A DNA stretch of 64,000 bases from Chiloscyllium plagiosum (taxonomy: Eukaryota), in NCBI RefSeq assembly GCF_004010195.1, contig NC_057720.1, positions 17,673,153 through 17,737,152 of the forward strand, given 5' to 3'. Made by a program: the position numbers and the translations under genes. Shown here piece by piece: positions 60,379 to 64,000 of this stretch. Numbering within the stretch: the stretch's first letter is position 1; each line of letters starts with the position of its first letter. The notes under the pieces were generated by a model. It was not told where the DNA came from. It worked only from the letters and a program-made list of their open reading frames with translations, and did no database searches.

Positions 60379-61476
60379 TGTTAGGTTTAAAAAAAATTGT
60401 CTCCAAACCAGACTATTAGGGGTTAATAGTTAAGCATTAATTGGACACAGCATTGAGCCATTGAAGCAAAACATGGAAAAATAGGCCGTGTCAAAAACAG
60501 CCAATTTTGGCTGAAAGGGTGCTGCATAACCTTGATTGTCTGAGGCAAACCATTCATTTTTGTAGTTAACATGGAGCCAACTGGCGATATTATCAACTTG
60601 TTTTCTGCACAATGGAATATTTGGAAAAGTATGAAAGTACTATGAAATGGTGATGTACATAATCAGAAATGGACGACTATCAAGGACTGGGCCGGGTTCA
60701 AGAGACTGGGGCCGTGGACATTCACCATCAGACTGGGGTCCGTGAAACCAGTACCATGGAATCTGAGACTGAGCTCCAAATGCCAGTCATCCACAATCCC
60801 GAGCATGAAAACAAATTATTGAGTATAAAGCAGTTTAAGCTAATAGGTTCGCTCATTAGTTTTTGTGTATGTACTAAGTAGATTAAGGTGCTATATATTG
60901 AAGTGCACATGCCAAATTGTAACCATTTTGATCAGATCTTGAGAAAGCATATAAAGTATGAGCAACTAGGGAAAGAGTTAAATTTTGGGTTGTGTAACAA
61001 AGACTCAGCCAGCAGAACTTGATTCAGATAAGAACTTGCAGTAAACAATGAGGTGCTTGAAGCAAGGGTAGTAGGTTAACGAGGTGAAAAAGCATTTATT
61101 ATGTAAAGCCATTTAACAAGATGAAGTAGCATTCATTATGTAAAGTCAGTTAAGGTTAAGACATTCATTGTATAAGTCCAGATGTTTACTATTGACACTT
61201 GCTGATTGTAATGGTCACCCAATCAATATGAAGTTTGCCTTATTTGGATGCCGCTCGCTGTAAATGACTATATAATTCATTAAGGATCTGCTGTTTGAGA
61301 GAAGACGAAGAATTCATGTCTCTGTGTACATGGGCAATCGTTCTCTCCCCCTCCAGGGCCTGGAATAAAGATGAAGGAGGTAAAACTATCCTGTGTCTGA
61401 ACATTTTGCTTCGACTGAGGCAAGAATGGGATGATAATCGGAAAGAACCAATTATGTACTTTCAGTCTACAATACA
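60379..61476 (+). mobile_element. Solo LTR-like element (about 1.1 kb) inserted into a CR1 3' tail
   Basis: TGT...ACA termini; CTAG/TTAG 4-bp flanks; host tail gggctgagcggctag ... cctactcttgttcctaat is interrupted; CCAAT (about 61219), TATATAA (about 61269) and AATAAA (about 61364). Confidence 0.6.
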
Positions 61477-61642
61477 TTAGCCTACTCTTGTTCCTAATTA
61501 CCTGACAAGAAGTTCAGATGCAAATTTCTCTGATTCAAACTGAATACTAAAGTCTACCATGTTCTAAATATCAACGTCTACTGTGTTATGATCACTATTC
61601 CCAAAAGAATATTATCCCTCTGTGATAATTAATCTTTCCAGT

Positions 61643-62592
61643 CTCAGAGTCAGAGAGATGTACAGCATGGAAAGAAACCCTTCAGTCCAACCCGTCCATG
61701 CTGACTAGATATCCCAACCCAATCTAGTCCCACCTCCCAGCACCCGGCCCATATCCCTCCAACCCTTCCAATTCATATACCATCCAAATGCCTTTAAAAT
61801 GTTGCAATTGTATCAGCCTCCACCAGTTCCTCTGGCAGCTCATTCCATACACGTGTGAAAACATTGTTCCCGTATGTCTCTTTTATATATCTTTCCCCTC
61901 TCACTCTAAACCTATGCCCTCTAGTTCTGGATTCCCTGACCCCAGGGAAAAGACTTTGCCTATTTATCCTATCCATGCCCCTCATAATTTTGTAAACCTC
62001 TATAAGGTCACCCCTCAACCTCTGATGTTCCAGGGAAAACAGCCCCATCCTGTTCAGTCTCTCCCTATAGCTCAAATCCCCCAACCCTGGTAACATCCTT
62101 GCAAATCTTTTCTGAACCCTTTCAAGTTTCACAACATCTTTCCGATAGGAAGGAGACCAGAAATTGCACGCAATATAGCTAGGACTATATTCCCTGGAGC
62201 ATCGGAGGCTGAGGGGTGACCTTATAGAAGTGTACAAAATCATGAGGGGAATGGATAGGATAAATAGACAAAGTCCTTTCCCCGGGGTGGGGGAGTCCAG
62301 AACTCGAGGGCATAGGTTTAGATTGAGAGGGGAAAGATATAAAAGAGACCTAAGGGGCAACTTTTTCACTCAGAGGGTGGTACATATATGGAATGAGCTG
62401 CCAGATGAAGTGGTGGAGACTAGTACAATTGCAACATTTATAAAGGCACCTGAATGGGTATATGAATAGGAAGGGTTTGGAGGGATATGGGCCAGGGGCT
62501 GGCAGATGGGACATGTTTGGGTTGGGATATCTGATTGGCATGGACAAGTTGGACCAAAGGATCTGTTTCCACATTGTACATCTCTATGACTC
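61643..62592. mobile_element. Two CR1 3' ends back-to-back (61643-62175 on -, 62178-62592 on +), forming a foldback of about 400 bp
   Basis: ORF 61794-62369 reads antisense and then sense CR1 peptide; both copies have tails. Confidence 0.88.
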
Positions 62593-63720
62593 CAAAATAC
62601 TAATTTAGTATCTTCCCCATTTTCTGTGGCTCCACACAAAGGCTGACTTGCTGATCTCGGAGGGGCCCTATTCTCTCCCTAGTTACCCTTTTGTCCTTTA
62701 TATATTTGTAAAAACTCTTTGGATTCTCCTTAATTCTATTTGCCAAAGCTATCTCATGTCCCCTTTTTGCCCTCCTGATTTCCCTTTTAAATATACTCCT
62801 ACTTCCTTTATCTAAGGATTCACTCAATCTATCCTATCTATGCCTTACATATACTTCCTTCTTTTTCTTAACTAAACCCTCAATTTCTTTAGTCATCCAG
62901 CATTCCCTATACCTACCAGCCTTTCCTTTCACCCTAACAGGAATATACTTTCTCTGGATTCTCGTTATCTCATTTCTGAAGGCTTCCCATTTTCCAGCCG
63001 TCCCTTTACCTGCGAACATCTGCCCCCAATCAGCTTTTGAAAGTTCTTGCCTAATACCGTCAAAATTGGCCTTTCTCCAATTTAGAACTTCAACTTTTAG
63101 ATCTGGTCTATCCTTTTCCATCATTAATTTAAATTAATAGAATTATGATCGCTGGCCCCAAAATGGTCTCCCACTGACACCTCAGTCACCTGCCCTGCCT
63201 CATTTCCCAAGAGTAAGTCAAGTTTTGCACCTTCTCTAGTAGGTACATCCACATACTGAATCAGAAAATTGTCTTGTACACACTTAACAAATTCCTCTCC
63301 ATCTAAACGCTTCACACTATGGTAGTCCCAGTCTATGTTTGGAAAGTTAAAATCCCCTACCATAACCACCCTATTATTCTTACAGATAGCTGAGATCTCC
63401 TTACGACTTTGTTTCTCAATTTCCCTCTGACTATTAGGGGGTCTATAATACAATCCCAGTAAGGTTATCATCCCTTTCTTATTTCTCAGTTCCACCCAAA
63501 TAACTTCCCTGGATGCATTTCCGGGAATAGCTGTAATGCTATCCCTTATCAAAAATGCCACTTCCCCTCCTCTCTTGCCTCCCTTTCTATCCTTCCTGTA
63601 GCATTTGTATCCTGGAACATTGAGCTGCCAGTCCTGCCAATCCCTGAGCCATGTTTCTGTAATTGCTATGATATCCCAGTCCCATGTTCCTAACCATGCC
63701 CTGAGTTCATCTGCCTTCCC
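62593..63720 (-). mobile_element. CR1/HER1-type LINE APE endonuclease region
   Basis: ORF 63124-63765 contains [32 protein letters not shown]. Confidence 0.92.
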
Positions 63721-64000
63721 TAGATTACTAGGTCTAAAATGCACATTCCCTGATTGGCTCCACAACTTACTGCTTCAAGAACTGCCCTGCAAACATTTTA
63801 TGACTTTCCTCAAGGCTACGATTGCCAATTTGATTTTGATAATCTGAAATTTGAAATCACCTGCAGTTATTCAAAAACCTTTCATAACGATCAATCTTTA
63901 ATCTTCCACGCCAAAATAATTTCTCTCTATTGTACTGACTGACCTCATCCTCTTCCTTTCTTCCTAATCTTTTTCAATGTGAAACAACTTTGAATATTCA

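Noticed and set aside
52744..64000. Further upstream GLMN exons
   Set aside because: I looked for the expected preceding exon (ending roughly FASEII) and found none; it is probably beyond the window, though a diverged exon could have been missed.
1..64000. CRISPR arrays or prokaryotic operons/defence systems
   Set aside because: No regularly spaced repeats or bacterial gene structure; the DNA is intron-rich vertebrate sequence.

Overview
Eukaryotic vertebrate genomic DNA, almost certainly from a shark (inferred from HE1/V-SINEs, HER1/CR1 LINEs and GIY-YIG Penelope-like elements), with four N-gaps. Two spliced protein-coding genes are reconstructable by hand and lie tail-to-tail. (1) A complete 5-exon SPO16/C1orf146 (SCRE) meiotic crossover gene on + (7738-22157, 169 aa), with a CpG-rich promoter carrying E2F6, CRE, MYB and E-box motifs. 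(2) The last 12 coding exons of GLMN (glomulin) on - (52743 down to 27512, 358 aa); its 5' exons were not found in this window. Most of the rest is transposon-derived: many CR1 LINE copies (one retaining both ends), an L1 5' end/ORF1, HE1 and other SINEs, two solo-LTR-like elements, and many Penelope-like elements (PLEs). The most striking unannotated structure is a set of 85-700 bp PLE-derived insertions carrying minimal hammerhead-ribozyme motifs, most flanked by 10-16 bp target-site duplications and several folded back on themselves. Other points of interest: inverted CR1 pairs bracketing GLMN exons, an in-frame stop-free last GLMN intron, and a possible divergent first exon at the SPO16 promoter. 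Gene identifications rest on my recall of the human proteins, not on a database search.
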